From the NCBI GenBank assembly GCA_964016885.1, contig OZ024747.1, forward strand, positions 77,128,001 through 77,192,000: 64,000 nucleotides of DNA, given 5' to 3'. Below are positions 1-13,281 of this stretch, piece after piece (the first letter of the stretch is position 1; every line of letters begins with the position of its first letter). The translations under genes and the position numbers were made by a program. The DNA comes from Eledone cirrhosa (lineage: Eukaryota). The notes beneath the pieces were generated by a model, which did no database searches, was not told the origin of the DNA, and saw only the letters and a list, made by a program, of their open reading frames with translations.

Positions 1-440
1 TTCCCTCAAATTCTGTCCTCATTTCTCTGCCCAGATGTTCTGACTCGAGTTTCAAATGATAATAGTTTTCCCTCAAATTCTGTCCTCATTTCTTTGTCCA
101 GATGTTCTCACACGTGTTTCAAATGATAATGGAATTTTCCCTCAAAGTCTGTCCTCAATTCGCTGTCCAGATGTTCTGATTCGAGTTACAAATGATAATA
201 GAAAGTCTGTCCTCATTTCTCTGTCCAGATGTTCTGACTCAAGTTACAAATTATTTGGGAATTCACTCTCAGAATTCGTTCACATTTCTCTTTACAGACC
301 TCCTGACTCGAGTTTCAAGTGATATTGGAATTTTCCTTCAGAGTCTATCCAAACATTTCTCTGTCCAGACCTCCTGACTCGAGTTTCAAATAATATTGGA
401 ATTTCCCTCAGAGTTCGTCCACACATTTCTTTCTCCACAG
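1..440. repeat. Diverged minisatellite, ~55-60 bp unit (ttccctcaaattctgtcctcatttctctgtccagatgttctgactcgagtttcaaatgataat...), runs off the window start
   Basis: About 7 recurring copies of ctgtccaga / ctgactcgagtttcaa / ggaattt motifs. Confidence 0.85.
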
Positions 441-757
441 GGTAAAACGTAAAAGAGAGAGCCTCTTTACATTTGTCAAAGTATTCATTTTCATATTTAT
501 GCAGCTTCTGTTAAATCTTGAACTGTTTCTGTATATCAGCTGTCTACTGCACTATTTAGTAGCTAACTGCTTTTCTGATAAATAAAAATATTAACGACCA
601 CACGCGTTATAGCGCGTTATTCCCGAGAAGTGAATATTTAATATATTTTCAAGATGCATTAAAGCGAATTCGCGTACTTCAAGCTTCAAGTTCGCATATA
701 AAGCGAACAGAGTGTATATATGTATATATGTGTGTGTATATATATATATATATATAT

Positions 758-956
758 TAATAATAATTATTTCTACTTTTGGCACAAGGCCAGAAATTAT
801 CCCAGTGTATTACTGGTACTTTATTTTATCGACCCCGTAAGGATGAAAGGCAAAGTTAACCTCGGCGGGATTTGAACTCAGACCATATAGGGCCGTAACT
901 CTTTGCTTGCAAAGCATGGCGTCCGACCCTCTACCGATACTGCCAATCCACCGCCC
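758..956 (-). mobile_element. tRNA-derived SINE, full length
   Basis: Minus strand starts GGGCGGTGGATTGGCAGTATCGGTAG (A box), has GAGTTCAAATCC (B box), a conserved body GCCTTTCATCCTTACGGGGTCGATAAAATAAAGTACCAG and an (ATT)n tail. Many other copies in the window; a partial 3' copy follows at 980-1043. Confidence 0.9.
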
Positions 957-1115
957 TTTTATATTAATAATAATATATTAATAATTGTTTCTACTTTTGG
1001 CCCAAGGCCAGCAAATACCCAGTGTATTACTGGTACTTTATTTTAATAATATATTAATAATAATATATATTAATGATAATAAAAAGAACGATTTGTTATA
1101 TCTTCATTAGGTTTA

Positions 1116-1207
1116 TTGAATAGTGACGCGCGTTTCACTATTGATCAGCTCAAGGTTCGATCTGTATTGATCTGGTCAGACTCTGGAATCAAAAGCTCGT
1201 CGGACTT

Positions 1208-1210
<3 letters not shown>
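1116..1210 (-). ncRNA. Type I hammerhead-like motif with long stem II (core variant CCGACGA)
   Basis: Minus strand: TTGAAGT CCGACGA GCTTTTGAT...ATCAATAGT GAAA CGCGCG TC ACTATTCAA. Stems I and II pair, stem III is palindromic, cleavage triplet is GUC. Abuts (TA)n. Confidence 0.6.
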
Positions 1211-1256
<46 letters not shown>

Positions 1257-1259
<3 letters not shown>

Positions 1260-1441
1260 GAAAGGAAGGTTTTTTTAACATATCCCACACTGGTAAAAAT
1301 ATAGGAGAAACAAGTTGAAAATGCAATTGGAGTCGTTAAGAAGAATTTATTTACAATAATTTAGAACCTGACAACGGGTTGGTTTTCGCTCAGCGATTTG
1401 TAGTCTTGATAACCGCAAACGAGTAACAACCCGTTGTCAGG

Positions 1442-1443
<2 letters not shown>
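1257..1443. mobile_element. Short (TA)n-embedded PLE-type fragment with a 17-bp inverted repeat
   Basis: Flanked by (TA)n on both sides. aacctgacaacgggttg (1365-1381) pairs with 1427-1443. Left part resembles 13456-13550 (aggttttttt...gaaaatgcaaytggagtc). Confidence 0.55.
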
Positions 1444-1496
<53 letters not shown>

Positions 1497-1501
<5 letters not shown>

Positions 1502-1906
1502 AGTTATATTTAAATTGTTGGGTTACAACTAGTAAATATTTGTAACTGATATAAAAGCACTCGACAAGTATTTGGAGTATATTTACGATATTAAATAAAT
1601 GGAAACTATATTTATAAAACCATATTTATTTCATCATATATATTTCAGGGATATCATATTAACAATATGCTATGCCTTCCTCAGACAAAATACAATATAG
1701 ACAGTTTTATAGATAAATAGATTTGACATACCGTTCAAATACAAGTCGATGTTGAACGGTATGTCAAATCTATTTATCTATAAAACTGTCTATATTGTAT
1801 TTTGTCTGAGGAAGGCATAGCATATTGTTAATATGATATCCCTGAAATATATATGATGAAATAAATATGGTTTTATAAATATAGTTTCCATTTATTTAAT
1901 ATCGTA
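1497..1906. mobile_element. Palindromic PLE-type insert, 155-bp arms (1584-1738 / 1752-1906), with HHR motif
   Basis: Arms are reverse complements around a 13-nt loop, flanked by (TA)n. Right arm has CTGAGGA (1806)...GAAA (1844) TATATATG. Homologous to 6870-7017, 25343-25784 and 29548-29718. Confidence 0.85.
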
Positions 1907-2029
1907 TATATATATATATATATATTTGCAAGAGATGTCAACATGAATGGACCTGTTATTTTTATCTAAAGACCTTTTTTCCCAATTCCATTCCGCCCGT
2001 CCCCTCAATCTATCTTATTTCTCATTCTT

Positions 2030-2065
2030 TCTTCTGATGAAGGACTAGCGTCCGAAACGTTAAGA
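2030..2065 (+). ncRNA. Minimal type I hammerhead ribozyme in a ~230-bp (TA)n-flanked insert (1926-2156)
   Basis: TCTT CTGATGA AGGAC TAGC GTCC GAAA CG TTA AGA: canonical core, GGAC/GTCC stem II, palindromic AACGTT stem III. Confidence 0.85.
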
Positions 2066-2324
2066 CCCTCTTCCTGTTATATCAAGCGTTAACCTAATAT
2101 ATCCCTTCCATATACTGTACCGATTGTGTTGTTATTTCTGTTTACCTTTTACACACATATATATATATATATATAAGAAGTGAAGGGCCTTTAACAGCTG
2201 GTGGGGTCGTGTGTTGGGCGTTTTCAACCTGCCGGAGCTTACAACTCTTCTGATCGAACCATATCCGATTTCTTCCAGAGAAAGAGAGAGATAAAGAGAA
2301 TGAGAAAGTGTGATAGAGGGTGAG

Positions 2325-2485
2325 TCTACTCCAGTACATAACTGCTACTTTATTTACCGAGTTCGAAAAAAATATGTAAAGCAAAGTTGACTTTGGCGGT
2401 ATTTGAAGACAACACGTACGGAGGCGGAATATTTAGTGGAGCATTTTTTAAGCTGATGTTTCTAATGACTACTAAAGCTGCTGCA
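2325..2485 (-). mobile_element. Degenerate SINE copy
   Basis: actttatttaccga...gcaaagttgactttggcggtatttgaa matches the SINE body with many substitutions. Confidence 0.55.
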
Positions 2486-2653
2486 GTTTCAGTGTGAAGT
2501 ATATCTATTTATATGTTCACACTAGCAGCCACTTCCGTGTGAGCTTTCACTACATTCATAAAACTCTCACTAACAATATGTAAATGTGCAAATAAATGCA
2601 GACGTGTGTATGTATATATATACACATACATACACGTACACAGAACCTGACAG

Positions 2654-4032
<1,379 letters not shown>

Positions 4033-4295
4033 AATATGTGTTCATTTGTATGCGCACTGATGTTATCTGCACGAATTAGAAGATGGTAGGAGATGTGACG
4101 TCATCTAGGGTAGAGAGTTGCAAGTTAGCAACAGCTAGGGTGCAGTGTCAGCTGTCGATGGTGTTGCAGTGAAAACAAGTGCAGCGATGTTACATTGCTG
4201 GCTGCAATCACTTGTCAAACTCCATGACGTTATTACCACAGCTACAGATAAATCTAGCCTTATGTTGCTACCTGGCTTCATTTTTATCGATTAAT

Positions 4296-7238
<2,943 letters not shown>

Positions 7239-7524
7239 ACCATGGCGGCCATTTTAAAAACATACATATATTGTTACATCCGCTTTTGTTTGAGTGTATT
7301 GTATTTTGATTACCCCTTAGTAATCTATAATTTGTTAATGTAGCAGCAGGTTTTAGTTGAATATCTTCCATCATCTTACTGTTTCACAACACATCAGATC
7401 ACATCAGAACAAACCATTTGTCAAACAACTACAACTCACACACACACACACACACACGCACACACAGACACACACACTATCACTTTTCTACTTGCAATAT
7501 ATATATATATACTCACACTCCATT

Positions 7525-7564
7525 CCGAGCTGAGGATCCGCTAAGGTGAGACAGTTGTTCTCGG
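7525..7564 (+). ncRNA. Hammerhead-like motif (GAAA changed to GAGA) in a (TA)n-flanked insert 7511-7661
   Basis: CCGAG CTGAGGA TCCGCTAAGGT GAGA CAGTTG TTC TCGG. A homologue with intact GAAA lies on the minus strand at 29810-29850. Confidence 0.65.
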
Positions 7565-7658
7565 TATGGTGAACTAACTGTTGTGTAACCACTTCTACCT
7601 AACTTGTCCCATGGACTGAGTGCTCTACCACTACGGATATTACCTTCCAGTGTTCTAC

Positions 7659-7731
<73 letters not shown>

Positions 7732-7741
<10 letters not shown>

Positions 7742-7891
7742 TAAATTTAGTCCTTCATCAGTGATCTTCCAGCCTTCATTGGTATTTCTTCGCTTTAAAG
7801 ATCAATACCAATGAAGGCTGGAAGATCACTGATGAAGGACTAATTTTATTCATATATAACCCATGTGCAACCACGAAGCACGTCATTTTTC
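7732..7891. mobile_element. Palindromic insert, 55-bp arms (7732-7786 / 7804-7858)
   Basis: One mismatch between arms, 17-nt loop, ~33-bp unpaired right extension, (TA)n on both sides. Contains CTGATGAAGGACTA but no downstream GAAA. Confidence 0.8.
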
Positions 7892-7923
7892 ATATATATA
7901 TATATATATATATATAATTGTGA

Positions 7924-8566
7924 AAGTATGTATGTATGTATACGTACATACATATATGTATACAGACGTACAGTAGTATGTATATATATACACACATGCA
8001 CACATATATATATGCACGTATCGGTTTACCGAACATTTATTATAATGTAAACAAACAAACAGCCCGAATTACGCCGTACTAAGAGTGAGAAATGAAATTT
8101 CGTTTCATTCTATTCCATTTATCGGTTTCGGTGTGCCCGGCCGACTGAACTCACTCGATATGCAAATTAGGCTGCTCAGCCGTTAATATGCATAACGAAA
8201 GTATATACTTTCAGACGTTCAACCATCTGGCAGGAAGGTATACGATGCTGACGATAGCTAATAAGCTTGAAACTTGTACATCGTTCCTGTGTCAGTGTTG
8301 AACAAAAAGGTGACGTGGTTGCCTAAACACTGTACGGCGTAATTCGGGCTGTTTGTTTGTTTACAAACAAACAAACCGAGCATTATAATAAATGTTCGGT
8401 AAACCGATACGTGCATATATATATATGTGTGCATGTGTGTATAAATATACATACTACTGTACGTCTGTATACATATATGTATGTACGTATACATACATAC
8501 TTACATTTAAGTAAGTGCCGTACTAAGAGTGAGAAATGAAATTTCGTTTCATTCTATTCCATTTAT
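7924..8566 (+). mobile_element. Retrozyme/PLE-like non-autonomous element: 444-bp unit, 50-bp terminal direct repeat, inverted 5' copy
   Basis: Direct repeat 8073-8122 = 8517-8566. Inverted repeat 7924-8079 vs 8332-8502. Internal hammerhead. (TA) tracts at both ends. Confidence 0.75.
8230..8290 (+). ncRNA. Type I hammerhead ribozyme with extended stem I
   Basis: CAGGA aggtat ACGATG CTGACGA TAGCT AATA AGCTT GAAA CTTG TA CATCGT TCCTG: intact core, 6-bp stem I plus bulge plus 5-bp distal helix. Confidence 0.85.
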
Positions 8567-8567
8567 A

Positions 8568-8875
8568 TATAATTGAATATAAAAGAAAAACGAACACAGA
8601 TATATACATATATGTGTTCAAATCGCAAGGGACCAGATTCGCTAAGGTGAAAAGAATACTAACTATAGACAATTAAATTGAGTCAGGCAAACCCTATTGT
8701 CTATAGTTAGTATTCTTTTCACCTTAGCGAATCTGGTCCCTTGCGATTTGAACACATATATGTATATATCTGTGTTCGTTTTTCTTTTATATTCAATTAT
8801 AATATAAATCTCTTTCTTAGAGCTATTTTATTGTAAGAGACTATTTTGAGTTCCTAACTCAATATATACCTTTTA
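8568..8875. mobile_element. Palindromic insert, 106-bp arms (8568-8673 / 8696-8801)
   Basis: Arms are reverse complements around a 22-nt loop, with a ~75-bp unpaired right extension up to a TA/(TACA)n tract. No HHR seen. Confidence 0.8.
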
Positions 8876-8963
8876 TATACATACATACATACATACATAC
8901 ATACATACATACATACATACACATATATATATATACATATATATGTGTGTATCTCTATATATA

Positions 8964-9049
<86 letters not shown>

Positions 9050-9156
9050 TATTTGCGTTTATGTATACATATACGCATATTTCTTGAGAGAGAGTGTGTG
9101 TGTATGTGTATGTGTGTATGTGTGCATGTGTGTGTCTTCGCATTTATTATTATTAC

Positions 9157-9196
<40 letters not shown>

Positions 9197-9443
9197 TATA
9201 CACTCAGAGAAAGGGAGGGAGAGAGACAGAGAGAGAGAGTTATTTTCTGTGGTGGTAGAGATAATAGCGTTGATGATAGACTAGATGTAAACTGTAAATT
9301 TCATTTAATCTATTTACTGTGTTTTAAATTCTTGTTTGTCTTTGAGACAATTAACCGAATCGCCATTATTATAATTATATATTTATCTGTATATTTTATC
9401 ACATATATAATTCACAGATGGTTTTGGTCGGATCATTATCATC

Positions 9444-9630
9444 TGGATTGGCAGTAATGGTAGAGGGTCGGACACCATGCTTTGACGTATAGAGTTACGG
9501 CCCTTGCCATTCTGAGTTCATATCCCGCCAAGGTTAACTTTGTCTTTCATCCTTACGGGGTCGATAAAATAAAGTACCAGTAATGCACTGGCCAATTGCT
9601 GGCCTTGTGCCTAACGTAGAAACAATTATC
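9444..9630 (+). mobile_element. tRNA-derived SINE
   Basis: A box TGGCAGTAATGG, B box-like GAGTTCATATCC, conserved body. attatcatct on both sides suggests a target-site duplication. Confidence 0.9.
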
Positions 9631-9719
9631 ATCTACAGTATATTATACAATCTTATACCACTTCTTATCTGTTTTACGTCGAACTGTTGGCTCTTCAACC
9701 TGTGGACACGGCTTCCTAC

Positions 9720-10272
9720 TTAATCTTGTCTATCAGTGTACTGGGGTTTGGAAAGAACAACAGGACAAGAGATGATGAAATTAATTGTCTCATTGCACAG
9801 TCTGCACTTGATGCCAGCCTCTTCTTTCATGCTTTTGTTTTGTAGTTATGTGTTAATAGGCTTTGATCCTCTGCGGCTAAAGTCAGACTCTTTCTTTTTC
9901 TAGATTTAGCCCAGAATTTAAGAGCAATGTTTGGCTTCCACACTGGTTTGCTTCTTTTCAGTTAAATCTCACAGATTATTTAACTATGCTGTAGCTTCAC
10001 ACGGTTTTCATTTTTGCTTTTTTTTAAATGTTTTCTGTTGTTTTGTCCGTATCTAAATCTGTTGCTTCCATGTAATTAGTTTCCTGTTTCTACTTTAAAG
10101 TTTACAAATATAAAAAGAAAACATTTTTTTTTGTTTTCTTGGAGGGGGAGGGGTTGCTTTTGTTTTTGGTTCTTCATTTTCCCTATATTTTTCTAGTCTC
10201 AAAGTTGTTGCATTGCTGTAGTTTTCCATTTCTATCAAATCTTGTTCTGTCTCTTCTGTACAAAGAAGATGT
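9720..10272 (-). pseudogene. Decayed R4/Dong-like non-LTR retrotransposon ORF fragment (post-RT region to zinc knuckle)
   Basis: Manual minus-strand translation gives ESLTLAAEDQSLLTHNY and KCRLCNETINFIISCPVVLSKPQYTDRQD, resembling the AxQDQ..T.NY and CRxC..ETIxHIxSxC..L...Y..RH motifs of restriction-like-endonuclease LINEs. Stops and frameshifts present. Confidence 0.6.
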
Positions 10273-10275
10273 AAC

Positions 10276-10385
10276 CTGGTATACCCTGGTATATCCTGAC
10301 ATATTCTGGTATACCCTGGTATATCCTGACATATTCTGGTATACCCTGGTATATTCTGGTAGATCCTGGTATATACTGGCATATC
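10276..10385. repeat. Short tandem repeat (ctggtatacc-type 10-bp subunits, ~30-bp period)
   Basis: Direct inspection. Confidence 0.8.
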
Positions 10386-10398
10386 GTATCTTGTAAAT

Positions 10399-10470
10399 CA
10401 GGTATGTCAAACTGAGGATCTAGCAAGGGCCGCATGGGTCACATATGTTGTCTGAGGGCCGCACACGACA
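10399..10470 (+). mobile_element. Possible hAT/Charlie-type terminal fragment
   Basis: CAGGTATGTCAAACT start followed by two GGGCCGCA subterminal motifs. No partner end found. Confidence 0.4.
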
Positions 10471-10740
10471 ACTAATTTTGCACATTACAACTAATTAAAG
10501 TCAGTTAATAAAATTTATTGCAGAAAAATGTGTTACTTAAATTTAGAAACATACAATGTACATACAAATGTTTTAGCAGCATTCTTGAATACAAAGTAAT
10601 GAAGTGGGTTGACAAAAAACTAACATTTTAAATGGCAACATATACTTGCAGCTTGCAACATGGATTACAGCTTAAAATATAGTCTAGATAGATGAGAAAC
10701 AAAACGAGGATGTAGTTTATGGAACACCCAAATGATTTAG

Positions 10741-11187
10741 AAGTCGACCTTAAGTAGGAGCAAAAACATTAAAAAAAACATGAACTACACCATATGATTT
10801 TATTTTGAAAATGTTGAAAGTAGGTTTATAAGTATGAATATTCAATAGCTTTTCGTAGCTGTCTCAGTGGCAGGTACTAGAGACGGTGGAGATCTTGGTC
10901 TTGGGTTCAATCCTGGTCAAGAGGTACATGCAAACTTTTTTTCAGTTTTTATTTTACAACCATTAGACAAAAACTGAAAAGGTTTACCGGGAAACCTACT
11001 ACCGGCCAGGATCGAACTCCCGACCAGGATCACCAGCATCTATGATTCCTCCAGCTAGGCCACCGAAACAGCTACAAAAGTATAATGAAAATTAATAATT
11101 ATATACCTACTTTCAAAATCAAAGTTAAAAAGATGTGGTGTCCTTCATGGCTTTCCTAGAGTTATTAATCATATTTAGGGTCAACTT
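10741..11187. repeat. Old diverged foldback with two convergent tRNA-like (A/B box) units
   Basis: Left arm aagtcgaccttaagta...ttgaaagtagg...gtagctgtctcagtggc...gggttcaatcc...ttttcagttttt is mirrored by the right arm, which on the minus strand has GTGGCCTAGCTGG and GAGTTCGATCC. Confidence 0.7.
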
Positions 11188-11518
11188 GTCAATCTGCTGG
11201 CCCTTTGGTAACAACCTTATTATTCCTATGTGCGTTTAACTGTTGGATTAATTAATTTAATTATTATAACAAACAAATAATATAAATATATATATATATA
11301 TATATTTCGTTTCTGAATTTGTTTAGCAAGATTCTTTATCTGAAATCGTGTGTTGAAACCGATATTGTTATACTTTGGGAGGGTCATGTTGCCAATAAGA
11401 AACACACGCACCAGCTGCTTTCACTTCAATTTATTATAATAAATTTATAATAAATTTATAAATTTATAAATTTCTGGCTGGTTGGTTGGTTCCACAACCA
11501 GATAGTTGTTTATATATT

Positions 11519-11561
11519 GTCATAGTTCTTTCGTCACACACTCTGTGACCTCTTCAGTGAC
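11519..11561 (-). ncRNA. Type I hammerhead ribozyme (left PLE arm)
   Basis: Reverse complement of the motif at 13239-13281. Confidence 0.85.
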
Positions 11562-11762
11562 TGGGGATTCCTTTCTTTGTTTCTGTGCCTCTCCTTTGTT
11601 CTGTCCTACGCCCTTTTGTTTCTGTGTGTGTGTTGTGTGCTCAGTCTGCGCATGCGCCACATCCGGGTGTCTGTGTGTGTTTATGTTCATTTATTTATTT
11701 GTTTATTTACATGTTACTGGTTGGTTGTTTGTTCTATGTGTGTGTGTGTTTTCATTTTGTCC

Positions 11763-12405
11763 TTAATTGTAAGTTGTGATGTTGCTGTTCCACTCATATT
11801 TTCTATTTAATTTTGGTTGTAATTCTTTTATGTTTATTGCCTCTGTGATTTGTCTAAACATTGCGTCTTTTCTGTCTGTAGATTCTATTTTTATTTCTAT
11901 GTTCTCTAATTTACCCTTGTGTTCTATTTTAGCATGTTGGTAGAGTACAGATAATTCTTTACTATCTTGAAAGACTCGGCAGTGTTCATTTATCCGTTCC
12001 CCTACACTACGAGCTGTCTCACCTATGTACACTATATTTTGTCTCTACATTGTCCTTCAGTACATCTTATGCTATACACTACATTTCTAGTTTTACAGTT
12101 AATATGGGGGCTTATTTTACAGGTTATACATTTCTTATCTATACATGAGGGTCTTTGAAAAGGGTATGTCTTGCTAATAAGTGTTTTTACGGAGGTACCT
12201 GGTCTTTCTACTATCTTAATATTGAGTTTATGTTTATCTAGGGCCCTTCTAAATTTGTAAGCTAATTCACCTCTAGGGGTTGTATCGGTGAACATTACAC
12301 TCTGGTATTTATTGCTATCATACCATGAGTTTATTCTATTAGCCTTGTTCCTAGTTCTTTCTATTCTATTCCAAAATTTGCTCCTATACAAGGACCTACC
12401 CCTTG
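11763..12405 (-). pseudogene. PLE ORF C-terminus (Cys-rich linker plus GIY-YIG endonuclease), frameshifted near 12040
   Basis: GRSLYRSKFW...CIDKKCITC...CKTRNVVYSIRC, then after a 1-nt deletion YIGETARSVGERINEH...EAINI...LNRKYEW. Confidence 0.88.
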
Positions 12406-12503
12406 TATAGGAGCAAATTTTGGAATAGAATAGAATAGAAAGAACTAGGAACAAGGCTAATAGAATAAACTCATGGTATGATAGCAATAAATACCAGAGT
12501 GTA

Positions 12504-13010
12504 ATGTTCATCGATACAACCCCTAGAGGTGAATTAGCTTACAAATTTAGAAGGGCCCTAGATAAACATAAACTCAATATTAAGATAGTAGAAAGACCAG
12601 GTACCTCCGTAAAAACACTTATTAGCAAGACATACCCTTTTCAAAGACCCTCATGTATAGATAAGAAATGTATAACCTGTAAAATAAGCCCCCATATTAA
12701 CTGTAAAACTAGAAATGTAGTGTATAGCATAAGATATACTGAAGGACAATGTAGAGACAAAAATATAGTGTACATAGGTGAGACAGCTCGTAGTGTAGGG
12801 GAACGGATAAATGAACACTGCCGAGTCTTTCAAGATAGTAAAGAATCATCTGTACTCTACCAACATGCTAAAATAGAACACAAGGGTAAATTAGAGAACA
12901 TAGAAATAAAAATAGAATCTACAGACAGAAAAGACGCAATGTTTAGACAAATCACAGAGGCAATAAACATAAAAGAATTACAACCAAAATTAAATAGAAA
13001 ATATGAGTAG
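12504..13010 (+). pseudogene. PLE ORF C-terminus (GIY-YIG endonuclease), 5'-truncated, no RT core
   Basis: NVVYSI...YIGETARSVGERINEH...RQITEAINIKELQPKLN: VVY/YIG motif pair plus the conserved R, E and N residues of GIY-YIG nucleases, preceded by CxxxxCxxC. Confidence 0.9.
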
Positions 13011-13238
13011 AACAGCAACATCACAACTTACAATTAAGGACAAAATGAAAACACACACACACATAGAACAAACAACCAACCAGTAACATGTAAATAAACA
13101 AATAAATAAATGAACATAAACACACACAGACACCCGGATGTGGCGCATGCGCAGACTGAGCACACAACACACACACAGAAACAAAATGGCGTAGGACAGA
13201 ACAAAGGAGAGGCGCAGAAACAAAGAAAGGAATCCTCA

Positions 13239-13281
13239 GTCACTGAAGAGGTCACAGAGTGTGTGACGAAAGAACTATGAC
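13239..13281 (+). ncRNA. Type I hammerhead ribozyme (right PLE arm)
   Basis: GTCA CTGAAGA G GTCACA GAGTG TGTGAC GAAA GAAC TA TGAC: intact core, 4-bp stem I, 6-bp stem II. Confidence 0.85.

Noticed and set aside
758-956. SINE heads as functional tRNA genes
   Set aside because: A and B boxes run into a shared non-tRNA body and tail in about ten dispersed copies, some with target-site duplications; no complete cloverleaf seen.
4040-4290. Possible promoter or exon island containing TGACGTCA
   Set aside because: A single 8-mer with no supporting ORF, splice pattern or transcript evidence.
12032-12511. 159-aa minus-strand ORF with a hydrophobic N-terminus resembling a signal or membrane segment
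   Set aside because: The first ~36 residues are the antisense of the right palindrome arm read across the axis, not a real N-terminus.
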